Assembly (NCBI GenBank): GCA_003344405.1
Contig: NOWV01000207.1
Location: 1-64,000 of the forward strand
Direction: 5' to 3'
Length of the DNA: 64,000 nt
DNA from: Trichoplax sp. H2
Lineage: Eukaryota
Below, one piece after another: positions 1 through 14,310 of the stretch. The translations under genes and the position numbers were made by a program. The notes under the pieces were generated by a model that was not told the DNA's origin, made no database searches, and was given only the letters and a program-made list of their open reading frames with translations. Position 1 is the first letter of the stretch. Each line of letters opens with the position of its first letter.

Positions 1-151
1 CAGTATGTGTATAAGTGTTACTGTCATAAAAAGTCAGTACTATATTAAAACACAGTATATCCAAATTAGAAGTTAACTAAATAAGGATAGTCTAATAGAA
101 TTATCCTAACATTGATATTTCTACTGTAATACAGTATATAACACTGTAACA
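1..151 (-). mobile_element. 5' end of an LTR-like element lying in an intron of SVOP-like copy 1 (runs off the window start)
   Basis: Reverse complement starts TGTTACAGTGTTATATACTGTA...AGTAGAAATATCAATGTTAGGATAATT and aligns by eye with the start of the element at 11821 (TGTTACAATGTTATACACTGTA...AGTAGAAACATCTATGTTTGGATAATT). Confidence 0.6.
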
Positions 152-337
152 AGTAGTAACCACTGTCATTCCACCTGTTAACAAGTTTATTCGCTAAAAA
201 TCTCGGCCTAAAATATCCTGTTGTCGACGTCAACATCATTAGTAAACAATATGGTCAAATTTATTAACTTTATAGGTGCTCTTTAACTATTTTGTGCCTT
301 ACTAATCCATAACATAAGTATTCTTTCTGTTCTTTAG

Positions 338-3300
338 TCAGTTAGGACGATGCAAATTGCAATGCTTTCTTTACTTGGACCGTTGTTAATCTGTGAGTGG
401 GGTATCAGTAATATCCAAGCAGGCTTGATAGTTGGAGTATGTATCCATTATTATCGGACTAATATTATATTAATAAATTATAACTCTATTTTATTCCTCT
501 TAAATTTAATTCTAAGACGCACATGCCTATAACCTTCTTAAAATAAATCGAAATATGTTACCATTGAACAGCTTGCATATGTAGGCGATATAATAGGGTT
601 TCCATACCTTGGATGGTTTTGCGATCATTACGGTCGAAAACTGGTGGGTATCTTACACTGTAGAAAAGGCTTAGATCTAATTAGGAGGAATTGCTAAATT
701 ATCAATTCCCGTATAATTAAGCAGTGTATTTGATCATCAAAGAATCATATTAGTATGCAGTGAATATGCTAATGCTAAGCATTTACAATTTTTATTTGAT
801 AAAAGCAAGGATAGAGCGAAAATAAATGACAATCTTTTACATCAACTAGGGTGTGATTGTAGCAATCCTGTGCACTTCGTATTTTTCATCACTCTCTAGT
901 TTATCATCCGATATTACGATGATGCTGTTGTTGCGATTAGTATGTGGAGTTTCTGAAAGTGGAATGCTGCAATGGTAAGATATTAATTTTAAGCCATGAC
1001 TCATGTTTGATGTTACATGATCTGTTCTATTTTTAAGAATTAAATTGAATTACGGTTTTAATATCAATAAGTATAAGAAGCGAGTTTATTATTAGCCTGG
1101 AAATGATGCATTTATTAAAGTAAATAGTGGTTTAACTCTATTTAAACCAATTTAAAAATCATCTTATATATAGCATAACCATTCTAAGTGAATTAGTACC
1201 TGCAACAGCCAGAGCTAGATCCATCGTTTCCTTACGAGTAAGTTTAAATGAAGGATATGAGTAAAATCGTTGCTTGAACTAATTTCTGCTTGAAAATTAT
1301 ATTTTTCTAACCATTAAATTTATAGGGATTTACATTTATAGGCATTGCATTTGAGGGTATTATAGCTTATATCTGCCTGAAAATATTCGATTGGCGTATG
1401 GTAGTCTATACTGTGTCCGCCCTATACTTACTAGCAATACCTTTCAGCACGGTAACTAACTACATCAATGCAAACTATTAAATAAAAATAAATGCTTTTC
1501 TATAATCGAAGATCCTATCACATTGCTTAAAATTAATGCTATTAAAATTAAACTTGCAGCTACTAGTAGAATCTCCACGGTATTTATTATTGCACGGATT
1601 TCGAAAAGAAGCTAAAGATATTATAATCAATATCGCTAAGATGAACCGCAAGCCTGCGCCGGAAGGAAATTTAATTACAATTGTTGAAGTATGAATTCTA
1701 TTGATGCTTATTTAATTTTAAAATATGGTAAAAGTTATATTTTTCATATATTATTACAGAAATTATTCAATGAATTACGAATTAAATTTTGCATGAGATA
1801 ACGTTGATTCTTTCTTTATAAAAGACAACTTTAATGCTAATAGTTCATTTTGATTTGTGAATATTATAACTTAGGAAAAAGGGTGGAGCATTTACCGATT
1901 TATTTAAGCCTGTTTATAGAAAAAGAACTATTATACTTTGGATTATAACGTAAATTTCTAATATGTACTGTATGCTTCTATAATTGAAATTGATAGAAGA
2001 TGGCATTTAATTTTACAAAATTTGATATCTTTATTAGACTTGCGGTGAAGACAATTTTTTTCGGGGCTGTTTGGATGGCTCCATTATTGGTTAAAGTTGA
2101 TCGATGCGGTAAAATAATTTTATAAAACAATATTTATCATTGAATTTGACTATTCCTTTTCCGGCGGTAAATATATTATAGCTTATCTGTAAACTATAGT
2201 ATCAAATACGATCAGACGTTCATATACATTTTACAAAAATGACTGCTGCGAAAATAAATAGTATCATATTGCTAGTAACTCTTTACAAATATTTATTGCT
2301 ATTAACAGAAACAGCCAGGCAAGGAGCTACCAGAATGAGATGTCAATGTAAAGAAATTGATCTCCAAAATATTCTATCCATGGTTATAGGAGGCCTAGGG
2401 GAGCCTATAGGTAGGATCTAATTTGTTTTAAAATCGAATGATAGTATGATCAAAAGTTATGTATCGATTAAGAAGCTACGATATCGTATCATCTCAAAAT
2501 AATGGGCGAATTAAAATAATTCGAAACATGATTTCAATATCAAAGCTATAATTATAATTAAAGTAAGGAAATGTAACAAAAGTAGCTCACAAATAGCAGT
2601 CCTAGTCAAATGAAATTTCTAGAAGGCTTTTATAGCGAGGTTTTTTAGAATAGTCGAGCAAGAATTAATTACAGCAGTAATCTAATCTAAAATCTAAAAT
2701 ATTACCTGCTCTAAGTGCAGTGAAGTCTTATTCTAATGTAAGCTCATCTCCGCTATTCTTAAATACATTTCATTAAATGTGTTTATAACAACATTGCCAG
2801 CTAGAACAAGACTTGAGTCACCGAAAGGAATACGTTTCCTCAACTAGAATATCACTATTTTCCACAATCAGAATCATTCTATTTAAAATGTCCCTATTTT
2901 ATTAACATCTAACACCAAAAGAAACACCGAAAGGTTTTGGGCATCTTCAAAATAAGAGTATATCAAGTCACATAATCATGTACCATAATTAGTCAACTGG
3001 CTAACATTAATTATCAACCATTTCTAATATAGCAGCTAGCAATCATCTAATATTAGCATTACGATAACCTCTATTCTTAAAAACCTGACTATATCAAATA
3101 TAGCTATCATTATAATCAAATATGGCGTACACCATTACAGGAAAATTAATTTTTTTAAATTTATTATCTATTATCATATTTAGGAGGAGTAATAGCTTTT
3201 ATTTTTGTGGATTGGATTGGGCGGAGAAAGTCTCTTATCTTAGGGTTATTTATATCTGGGGTTTCATCTCTTTTGCTGACGATTTGCGCTAATAGGTGAC

Positions 3301-4089
3301 TCTATAAATAAATTTTACCCTAATACTTGTGTGTAATGGATCATTATGCTATAGATTATGTCACGAATTTGAAATAACAATATCTAAACCAAAAGTAAAT
3401 TTAGGGCGAAATTGTCCATTAAAATTTCTAAAATCGTATCTCAATAGAATTGTGAGATATGCTTTGGTATTATTGATGAGATCTAGCAGTTGCTTCTTGG
3501 TTGATGTTTTCCTTATATATATACTACTGAAGTATGTCATTATGCTATCTATCCTATTGAAAAATATAATTACTATAGATTATTTGAAATAATTACCATA
3601 TATTTGTTCTAATCTAGATCTATCCGACAAAATTTAGAGCAATTGGTCTCGGGGCTGCTACATCATTCGGTGGACTTGGCAATATTTTATCAATATTTCT
3701 AGGCCAAGTTAGTCAATTTATGTTACAGTTAGCCTTTTTCCAGATTATTTTTCATTCCTTAGAATAATTGACAACCATCAATCATTTTAAATTATTAACA
3801 AATTACGCTTTAGAATCTCGTTTATGCAATGACTTTATTTTAGGTACTGTTTGCGACTTCTGATATCGCTGCTTTAGTTGCATTAGCCATAATGGCAGCT
3901 CTAGCAATTATTTTCTGCTTAATGATACCAGCTGAAACAAAGGGAACTTTGTTAAAAGTTAGTTGAATATTTAATAAATGATATGATTTAAAAATCTCGA
4001 TCATTTTTCCTATTTATAAACATTCAAAAAAAATTACTTTTAATGCTATTTATTAATAATATTATATTAAATTAAAGGACACTGACTAA
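338..4089 (+). CDS. SVOP-like (synaptic vesicle 2-related) MFS transporter, copy 1; 5' exons lie outside the window; probable frameshift(s)
   Basis: GT-AG exons at 338-436, 572-643, 850-974, 1174-1237, 1326-1451, 1560-1688, 1875/1882-1949, 2038-2108, 2309-2410, 3184-3295, 3448-3531, 3618-3707, 3844-3957, 4078-4089. They encode MQIAMLSLLGPLLICEW, GWFCDHYGRK (MFS motif A), SELVPATARA, LVESPRYL, DLFKPVYRKRTIILW, DWIGRRKSL, IYPTKFRAIGLG and IPAETKG, colinear with vertebrate SVOP as recalled. Confidence 0.85.
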
Positions 4090-5655
4090 TAACGAAAAGG
4101 ATAATCCTAGACTGCATAATTCGGTATTATGCTAATATTGGCTGGTGCAAGCTAACAAATTCGATGAAAGTCAAAATTAGATCAGGATTTATGTACATCA
4201 TATTACTATTTCAAGTTCAATTTTGGATGTATAAAGATATTTTGGGATATGTTTGGCTCTGCAGTTGTAGCACAGCTATCATCAACTAACTCTATTTACA
4301 TTCATAAATAATAAATGTTATTAAGATATTTTGCTTATCAATCTTGACAAAAGCAATCTTTGATAACAGTATTTCTTTATAACATCAAATAATATTTATG
4401 TAGCTGCAACATAAATTATTTGATACCTTAATAGTTTTGGGTTGCATAGTTTCATATTTGCAGAAATTTGTGACAAATGAGGCCTGTTGGCTACAGGAAA
4501 TCGCAAATATATGCGGCAGCTACATTACTTTAGTATTAATAAAGTTTTGCTTGAGCAATATTAATAGTACAAATAAAGAAATAAACAATATTTATGACCA
4601 ATAGCATAAGATAAGAATTAATTGTGTTAACGGAATTATCGAAGCCCTAATTTCTGAGATTGAAATTCCAAAATGAAAATATGTATCTGCATTCTATCAT
4701 CAAACAAGCATACTCACTTCACGAATTATAACTATAGTATAAGTTCAAGAGAGTGAACTAATTACGAATTTCTACTTCGTAAGACCTGCTTATTTTGCGA
4801 CCATGCTATTGATTTAAATCAACTGATTAAGGTTTAACAGCGAATATTGATATTTCTGAACAAGTTGATTAGTAGACTATAGTGCAATGTAGCAACTAGC
4901 ATTGAGTCCTTCATTAGGTAGTTCATATAATATGCTAATATAACTTATCTGAGTTTGAACTAGATTTGCATTCGTTTACTCCTCGGTAACATGAAATTTT
5001 TTCTGATGTAGTAATTAAGATAAGCTGATGGATTTAGAAGTCTTGTTATTAATTTCCGCAATTCAGTAAGGGTAGTTAACTTGCTCTAGTATGAAATTGC
5101 GTTAGAGCAAGCTTAACTCTATACAGGTTATTGCTACTTCAACTTGAATTTTTAAAAGTTGTAACCATTAGGTAGTTTGTCTGAGTCTTTCAATACCATT
5201 TCGGTTTACTTAAATTCTGATTTAGTAGTCTTGCAAACTCTGAAGACTGCTTACTTAAATCGTAGACTATCAGCTAAATATGTTATTAATTTTAAACCAT
5301 AGTTAATCTGCTGGCTCATTATTAAATTTTTCTTTATAAAACAAAGGAACTCCTTTGGGATGCCTTTTATATAAATGTTGCCAGATCACGTTGGCTTTGC
5401 TAGCCGTCTACATTTGAATAAATTACGCGTACAGTCTCCAAGGAATAATAAAATATGCGTAATTATAAAGTTTTTTCATTGCAATTGGATGCTTTAATAC
5501 TATAATAAAATAGGTTTTAAAGTGACATATTTTCTGCTAAATTATAATATTGATTACAGATACAATATAAAATCTTAAGACTTCACGAATTTACTTGGAC
5601 AATCCTTTTAGTCCTTCTATATCAGATTAATTCAATTGTTGCTGTCGTAGTCACT

Positions 5656-8600
5656 ATGATTTCAAGCAAAGCTGAACAGGAACAACATTATTTAAGGAAA
5701 TAGTCACGTAGAGAAAGGACAATCTACGGTAAATAATGCCTTGTACGTATTTTCATAGTTTTATGCATATTGTTACTTACCTTAAAAAGAAAGTCGACTA
5801 AGCCATTTGCATCGATAAGAAAGATTTCAACTGCCAGTAAAATATTCCTTTATTCTTGTTTTTACTTTATTTTCTATAAATTTTAGGCTCCTAAGTTTTG
5901 TGCAACTACTCATTTAATCAATTAGATCACCATTAATCATTACAAATTGTTAAAATAATCCCAAAGAGTTAAACACTATTTTATCTTCAATAACAGTTTA
6001 TCACTAGTTGCTATCAATTAGACTACTAAGGTTATAAAATTAAAATCAAAACTCCAAGATATTATATCACCATTTAGCTATATAAAGTGTTCTGAAAGTA
6101 ATATTTAAATCTTACTAATTCAAGCCAATGAAGTAAATCTCAAAACAATCAATATATCTATCCTTCACTACAGTACGATTTAAATACTTGCGAATTCTTG
6201 CTGTTAGAAGATTGCAGTAACTACATGACTCTCTTATATCATTACTTAATACACAAAATTTTATTAATAATAGACTACTCTGTGCTACAGTTGCCTAAAA
6301 ATCAATTATCGGTTCATAGATAGTACTTTAAAAGTCTTATTCGTCTGCATGCTTAACTTTGTAAGCATCAAATATAAAATCAATCTCAGCTGATTTCGAG
6401 ACTTACTTTCTAAAAGTAACTTTGATATGGCTGGTTTATGGAAGTTATTTTATAATATGAAGGTTTTCAAAAGGTTTCAAAAAGATACATAATAGCCTGA
6501 TTTCATATGCAATGAAGGCTTTTGCTTTCCTCTAAAGGCTTATTCTCATTGAGAACGTTTTTTCTCAAATTAGATCAAAGGCCTCAACTAACCATTGCTG
6601 ATGCAGTGGAATCGATTGGATTTGGAAAATTTCAATGGCATTGTATGGCGTTTCTAGGATCTATTTGGGTAAACTCCTTTAATTAAATAATGGACAAGAT
6701 AAATCTCAAAAGTTATCATAGCAATGACATGCTGAATCATTTATGAAAATAAGAACACACCATTGCTTCAACTAAATGAGCAAATGAAATGTATTATCGT
6801 ATATAAACGATGTCAAAAAGGATAAAAAGAGCATGAATTTAGTGAAGTTGGGAAACCTATTATAGTAATTCCAGTAAACTAAATGTCGATGAAACCGTAA
6901 ATAGAAACAAAGAGTTCTCGATGTTTCTTAGTATTTCTCATTTTATCATCACAGGCTTCACTAATGCTGATTAACAACTGATCACTTTAAAAAATAATTA
7001 TTCCTTAATTAGATTTACAGCATTTGTTCAGATAAAAATAATGGGCATGATTCATACATGGCATCTACTTTAAAAATTAATTAATTGCAGTTTCTATGCT
7101 TTTAACTCATTATATTTGATATGGAACAATAAGAAGAGCAGGCATAGTATACTATCTACCTCGATTGTCATTTCATACTATCTTAAAATTTAAATTTACC
7201 GAAATTAGCAGTCTATCAATATTGCGGTATCATCAGATAAGAAAAACAAAATGTTTGATATCTCTACGTATTTCTAATTTATGTCTTGTTAGATGAAGGA
7301 ATGACTGAGCGTCTTACTGTTCTATGATTTTTATTAATTTGTTTAATTTTGATTTACTATTAATAGTTTGCCCGAACGATGCAAATCGCAATGCTATCCT
7401 TACTTGGACCATTATTGGTCTGTGAATGGGGTATAAGTACAACAGAAGAAGCCCTAATTACTGGAGTATGTGCCATGATTTCATATGTAACGCGACTAAT
7501 TAATATGTAAAAGTTAAGAATCAGATACTGCCAGCCGTAGTTGTGAAATAGTACAGATGAATTACTTAATACTAGATTACTCATCAGTTATCATTACTTT
7601 CGTTAGCTTGCATTTCTTGGTGATATAATCGGATCTCCTTATATGGGATGGTTTTGTGACCACTAAGGTCGAAAATTGGTATTTGATGAGAGATTTCGAT
7701 AATATGATATGTATAACATAATTAATTAGTCTTATTATTATTTGAATTTTCCGAATTAACGTTGCTGATAGAATTACTTACTTCTTTAAAAACTAGGGTC
7801 TTATCGCTGCAATTTTGTGTACTGTCTATTTTTCTACGCTGTCTAGCATATCATCTGGCATCTCAATGATGTTGGTATTACGATTTATATGTGGAATTTC
7901 TGAAAGTGGAATGATTCAATGGTTAGAATTTTAAGCTATCTTAATCGTTTACTATGCCCCAAGCTTTCGCAATAATGTTTTAGAGTCAAGCTGAACTCTA
8001 ATATTAATGTGCTCAAAAGTTCCTAAAAAGCATGAAATATTTTTTCTAATATAGCGTAACAATACTGAGCAAATTAGTTCCATCTATAGCCAGAGCCTGA
8101 TCCATTATTTCTTTACGAGTAAGGACTAACATTAATTAGATAAATGGATGAAAAATGAATTAAAAATTTGAACAGTATCAAAAATTAAACCATTTTCGAT
8201 TTCTGGTTACAATCATAGGCATTCACTTTCCTTGGTATAGCAGTTGAGGGTATACTAGTATACGTCCTCCTGAAAGCATTCAACTGGCGAATATTGCTAT
8301 TTGTTACAACGGCACTTTACCTAATTCCTATTCTATTAAGCTCGGTAATGAATTTATTTATAACAATATGTTTTGACAATGGTGGTAAATTTATTAGCTA
8401 AAGAGACCACCAAAGCTCATAATAATCAAACTTTAATATGGTACTTTAAAGTACGCTTATATATTAACTGTAGTTCATTGTAGAGTCTCCTCGTTATTTA
8501 TTATTGCAAGAATTTAAAGGTGAAGTAAGTAAGATTATAGAAGATGCTGCCAGGTTGAATAACAGACCAACTCCCAACGGAAATTTGGTTGCCAATTTCG

Positions 8601-9906
8601 AGGTTTATTCTTAATAGCACCATTAGTACCTTTGATGACAGTATAATTAAATTTTGATGAAAACAATATTTAGATTACTAGTTATTTAAGGAATGTAATA
8701 AATATATATAACTAAAAAGGCACAAAAATGCTAACAGATTTATAAATCTTTTGTTTTCGATAGTTACGAATAATTGCTTTTAAATATTTCATATATAGCA
8801 AAGTGATGGTAAATTTAAAGACCTGTTCAAACCAGCGTATATAAGAACAACCATAAACTTATGGCTAATAACGTAATTTTATAGTTTAATTGTTAGTAAT
8901 AAAACAAATTGTATTTAAAATGTGGCCAATTACTGATATAACTTTGTCAATTAATTGAATCAGATTCTGTATGATCACAATTTACTTTGGTGCCGTATGG
9001 GTGACTCCGCTTTTGGCTAAAGTTGACAGCTGCAGTAAGTTATAGTCTTTAATTTTATAAATTGTAATAAAATTAAATGATAATCTATTCGATAATATGC
9101 ATATGTGTATATTTAAAATATTTAATAGTTTCTAAATAAAATAAACTTTTTGAAATTAAATTGCATTAAGCTTACATATGGTTACTAATATAGACAAATT
9201 AAAAGGATCATCTACAAGCATAGCATTTCCCTCGTATTTTTAATAGATAGTAAACAAGGAGCCACTGGCATTAGATGCCACTGCAAAGAAATGGGTCCTG
9301 CGAATATCATAGCCATTATTATCAGTGGTCTTGGAGAGCCTTTTGGTGTGATAATAATTTGTAAAAACTGGAGTTTAAAGTTTGATTCTAGATTAGTCGA
9401 TGAATAAGATTAAAAGTCTTGTAAGCTTATGCTAATATAATTGTTAAGATAATTACCAAACTTACATAAGTACAATATTTTCTTATCAGTAAGACTAAAT
9501 TACAATACAAATCAGCTACTCTTCGTACATGCAAAATTTTTCTTTTAATAGCTATATTTAACTTAAATTTGATATTCATTAGGCGGATTAATAGCCTTTA
9601 CTTTTGTTGACTGTATTGGACGAAAGCAGTCTCTAATTCTAGGATTTACTGTAGTGGGTATCTCGTTTATTCTCTTGATGATCTGTACAAACAGGTAATT
9701 CTTCAATTAAATTTTTTTAACATGTGCCTCTAAATCATTACAGGAACTTGCAAAAAATACTAAGAATTTTAATTCTCCTATGATAGCTAGCTAATAAAAT
9801 TCTTGATTCCATTTAATTTTATAGCTTTGTTAGATACGCGTTCATATTGTTAACAAGATCTTGTGCCTGCTTCTTAACCGATGTTCCATTTATCTATACC
9901 TCGGAA
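5656..9906 (+). pseudogene. SVOP-like MFS transporter pseudogene, tandem copy 2
   Basis: Same exon structure as copy 1 plus 5' exons (5656-5728; 6574-6668 LTIADAVESIGFGKFQW). In-frame stops: TAA 7664-7666 (DH*GRK), TGA 8098-8100 (ARA*S) and probably TAG 5701-5703. No counterpart of the last three exons is visible after 9906. Confidence 0.85.
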
Positions 9907-11820
9907 GTACGTGTATCATCAACTTTATAATATGTGCACATAGTAAATTTGCAATAAATGGATTTTATAACTTCTCAGGAGGTTCGCAGTCCAGTATTCA
10001 AGCTTTGTGCTATTACAATTAAGCAAACCCCTAATACGATAGAGTAAAGTCAATACCGTATTTAACCTTAAGAGTATCACTTGTTAATAGGCTGCTTATC
10101 GTAGAGCAGTCTTTATATCATTTTTAATTAAGTATGGTATGCGACATAAGGAAGTGAAATATTTCCTGGTATTTGACGGACAGATTTTGGGTGAGATGCA
10201 AGAGAGATCTTAATACGAAGAGGCAATACTTTATATAGACTTAGAGGGAATCACGAACATGATCCGAGTAGAAATAGGACAGTAAATACAAACGCACGAC
10301 AGACAAGAAGAATAATAACTTTGTGATATAGAACTGTAACGATACTTATAGTATATTCGTATATGCAGTATGGTACACAGTACAAGATATTTACCACAGC
10401 TACTGAACATTCACATTAAGAACGCTATAAAGCTTTAGTTATGACTCTATAAGTAATGTTAGATTAAGAGCTATTCTACTTTCTAATGCTTCGTATAGAG
10501 AAAGGTGATATCATACTTCATATAAGTACTGCAATGAGATGCAAATTACTACAATTATGTACTTATAAAATCATTTAAACTTGAATATAACCAAGTATTG
10601 GTTTAATTTAAAGCTTAAGTTCCTCATGCAGTATTAAAATATATTCCCGCTATAAGAGTAGTAATACAAAAAATAATCTTTGATTTTAAACTACTTCGAT
10701 ATCAGTCAATTACAGAAATCTTAAACAATTAAACGCCAGATTTATTTCTACAATGCATTCATTTCTAACCACTGTTTACTAAAAATAATACTAGATCTAT
10801 ACGCTATTAAAACTGTTTTCGTATGAATAAAAATTATCTGATGTAAACATCTCTAATCTCGAAGGTACTAATACAGTATTTTTATAATTATTTTATGATC
10901 ATTATTAATCAAGTATGAGAAAGTGCCAATTCATCTAAGATGTAGCTAACGTAATACAGTCTTCTGTGAGTGTGAATATTTGCCTTACATTAGGGTATTG
11001 ACTTCTACCGAAAGTCATATACTCGTATTCCAATAATAATAAGGTAAAACGATTGATGATTATGTATAAACGTCGATATTGCCGAGTAATTGTTTTCAAA
11101 TCATACAATAAAGTATTCTTTAGGCAGGCGCTTCCTGTCTATTCAATTATATAGTTTTATTTGTAAGAAGTACTTGCTTCTATAAAATAATAGTACTATA
11201 GGGCTAGTATGACGAAACGTACACTAAGGAAATAATATGCATTTTGTACCGATTTCACGAAAGTAAATTTTCGTGGCATGCACATTGTTTCCATGCTACG
11301 TTTGATATATGCTTATATGCCAGTAATTTTTAAGGTCTTCTCTACCGTTACTTTAGGAATTAACAGTTGCTGAGCTAGTAGTTCTTAGTTTAGGATCAGG
11401 CAGACTAAAGCAGTAATAGCCAACTACTTTAACCAGATTGCATTTATCAGCTAGAAAGATATGAAGATTGGAAGTAAAGTTTCTAAGTTTAGATGATGTA
11501 TCTTCATTGAATAGCCTAATATGTTTGTTAAATTACTATTGTATTAGAAGATGAGATCAATAATATGATTAAAACTAATATGATCTATGGTCTGGCCGAT
11601 AATAAGGTAAATTTTTAATTTTCAAGACAGATTGAAGGCCTCACTATGCTAAATTTTAATTGTATTTACATAGGAAAATCAACTGATTAATAATCCAATT
11701 TACGGAAGTATAGATTCGAAAACATACTCTAAACCTTTGCTATAAGCTAGGATTATTTCTAAGTCGTAAGAATCGAATATAAAAAGATCTAGCTGATATC
11801 CACATATTGTAATATACATG

Positions 11821-12795
11821 TGTTACAATGTTATACACTGTAATATCGAGATCATAGTAGAAACATCTATGTTTGGATAATTTTGTAGATTGACCCTTAT
11901 ATGAAGACTATCTAATTAAGAAAGGTGATATTTAAATATAGCACTAGCTTTTATGGTGATATATACGGCCTACTGAAATTAGCAGTTTAATTAGGGAATC
12001 AGGAATAATCTTTTTCGATTCAAATCACTGTGATTGTAATTTACTTATGGTNNNNNNNNNNNNNNNNNNNNATCATCAAGATTTATAGTTATCTAGTCTA
12101 TCCTCCTATTCGAATACATACAAAATAACTAAGGACAGTTGATCATCAAAACACCTTACTAACAAACATCATAACACATCAATTTCCATCAATAACAAAC
12201 ACCATAACACTTCAATTTCTATCTATAACAAACACCATAACACTTCTAACTCATCACGGCAAAAAGGTACCGTGACAATAGCACTAGCTTTTATGTTGAT
12301 ATGTACGGCCTACTGAAATTAGTAGTTTAATCAGGGAATCAGGAATAATCTTTTTCGATTCAAATCACTGTGATTGTAATTTACTTATGGTAGATTGTAG
12401 ATTATCGTAGAAATTTTTCATGATAGGACATATTGTAATCTGACAATTTTGTATTAGTCATTCCGATGTCTATGTTTGTAAATACTGCTGTCGTCATTAG
12501 GTAGCAGTAAATAAAATTAGCTTTAGATTCATTATCAGGTTTCAACGTTAATATTACTAACTGGATGTCTTTGCTATTGTAAAAGAGTATATAAATGCGA
12601 TAAATCGTATAATAAAGTCAGTTCTTATTATTATTAGTGTTTAACTTAAGATAAGAGGCGCCTAAGTCTTCTTTTAGTCCACTAGTATCGAAAAAGAGTT
12701 CCTGAAAGAGTAGATACTGCTCCCTGATACGTAGTTCAGGAATCGACTGTTTGATCGTACATTACGTTATCTTGTTGCAAAGCTGCTTTGTAACA
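11821..12795 (+). mobile_element. Solo-LTR-like element (about 635 bp once the gap duplication and the nested insert are removed)
   Basis: Ends TGTTAC...GTAACA; flanks ACATG (11816-11820) and GCATG (12796-12800); TATATAAA followed by AATAAA at about 12588-12616; shares GGACATATTGTA and AGGCG.CTAA blocks with the reverse complement of 20180-20615. Confidence 0.65.
12072..12277 (-). mobile_element. Terminus of a nested LTR-like insertion present in only one of the two allelic copies; other end lost in the gap
   Basis: Ends GGTACCGTGACA (same terminus type as 20605-20615), then resumes ATAGCACTAGC, which is uninterrupted in the copy at 11938-12051. Contains about 2.5 copies of a 33-34 bp unit AACAAACACCATAACACTTCAATTTC.ATC. 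Confidence 0.6.
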
Positions 12796-13789
12796 GCATG
12801 TAAAAAAAGCACTTTGTCAACTACTTCCAAAAATTCATAACCCTAAATAATTAAGGAAACGCCACACAAATCTAGTAGATGAAAGAGTTTTGCTATACAG
12901 TGGTTTATATTAATTTATATGTATATTAAGTTGCTATTTATTTCTACTTCTAGTTTCTTTCCTTGTCTATCTCGACCCTTTTTTGGAAATATTCTTCTTT
13001 TATATCTCTCGTTAATTCATAAAATTTTACTAACTGAAATGGTCAATAACTGTTAGTCATTGCCTTACACTTTACTTTCATGCTTTATTATTAATGTTTA
13101 ATACATTTAGAAGCAATATCAAATTTCCTTTACGTGATTATCACAGTTCTAACAAAAAGGCCTAATTGAGCTTATAAAGTACTTAAATTAATTTATTACA
13201 TTTTTTAATTAACATCACCGTCAATAAACTACAGTTATTACAATTAAACTTCGTAATAGTGTAGCTGAAACTTATTCTATAATGCAACTGTTCAGTAATC
13301 CCAATCATCGTTAATTACACATTTGGAATGGTCACTATAGTATAGTAGTTATGATTTCAGAAGTAAATGTCATAAATAAAGAATAAATAAAGAACTTTTA
13401 ACATGTAGAATTTGGAGGAATATCCACTAGAGTTCAAATACCATACCATAGTAGTTTGAACTAATTACAGCAGTAATTGAAGTACAGTAGCATTAAGACG
13501 TAGAATAGTCTACTATGCTTATAAGGTAATTTCATGATTACTGATGATGAAAAGGTGTATTAATACTATTCATACTTTGAGATAAACTTATCAATTCTAT
13601 CTATTTCTATTTTTCTTAAGTTGTTTCCTTGCCTATTTCGATCCTTTGGCCGGAGATATTCTTCTCTCACATATTTCGTTATTCGATAATACTTTCGTAA
13701 AAGTAATTAATTGTCCACAATTTGTAATTACTACCTTACATTTTACTTTCACACTAATTATTACAGTTATTTCCTGTATTGTAACTTAT

Positions 13790-14310
13790 TATTGTGATTG
13801 TAGACTGTTAGCCATGTGTAGTATAATGTACGGTAGATATTTATCCTAAGAGATGTTTGGTAGCTGTAACTATAGACTGTAGTGGTAGAGACTCTATGCT
13901 AGAGTACAGATGACTATATACAGTAAGCTGTTGAGTTACTAATATGGCTATAGGTAGAAATAGAACTGTAAATCATATATTAGGATATGGTTAATTCATT
14001 GTACTTTGGCTGGTGTGAATAATGTCTACGTAAGTACTGTAGTCGTATCCATATTGGATTAACGATGGTCCGCAGTAGAATAGTCTTACTAAGAATAATT
14101 AAACTATGTGTAAAATAAGGTAAAAGGTTGCCATGCGGATTGTAGCTGCGAATGCTACGAAAAGTATAAAAGCATGCAACTTTAGATTATTCTGTTAGTT
14201 CGTTGTAGAAGTCTTTAGAAGTAGTATTCGGCTAGAGTAGAGCTGTGTAGTTAATCTTTGTATAAGATTCAATAAAGCCCTTATTTTTCTAAAATTTGGA
14301 ATTTCGTGAT
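13790..14310 (+). repeat. Dispersed ~500 bp repeat, second copy at about 27895-28430; possibly an old LTR
   Basis: Colinear blocks in both copies (TTGTGATTGTAGACT, TATAGACTGTA, CCATATTGGATTAA, GATTGTAGCTGCGAA, GCTAGAGTAGAGCTGTGT, AATAAAG). Termini and TSD are not clear. Confidence 0.7.
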
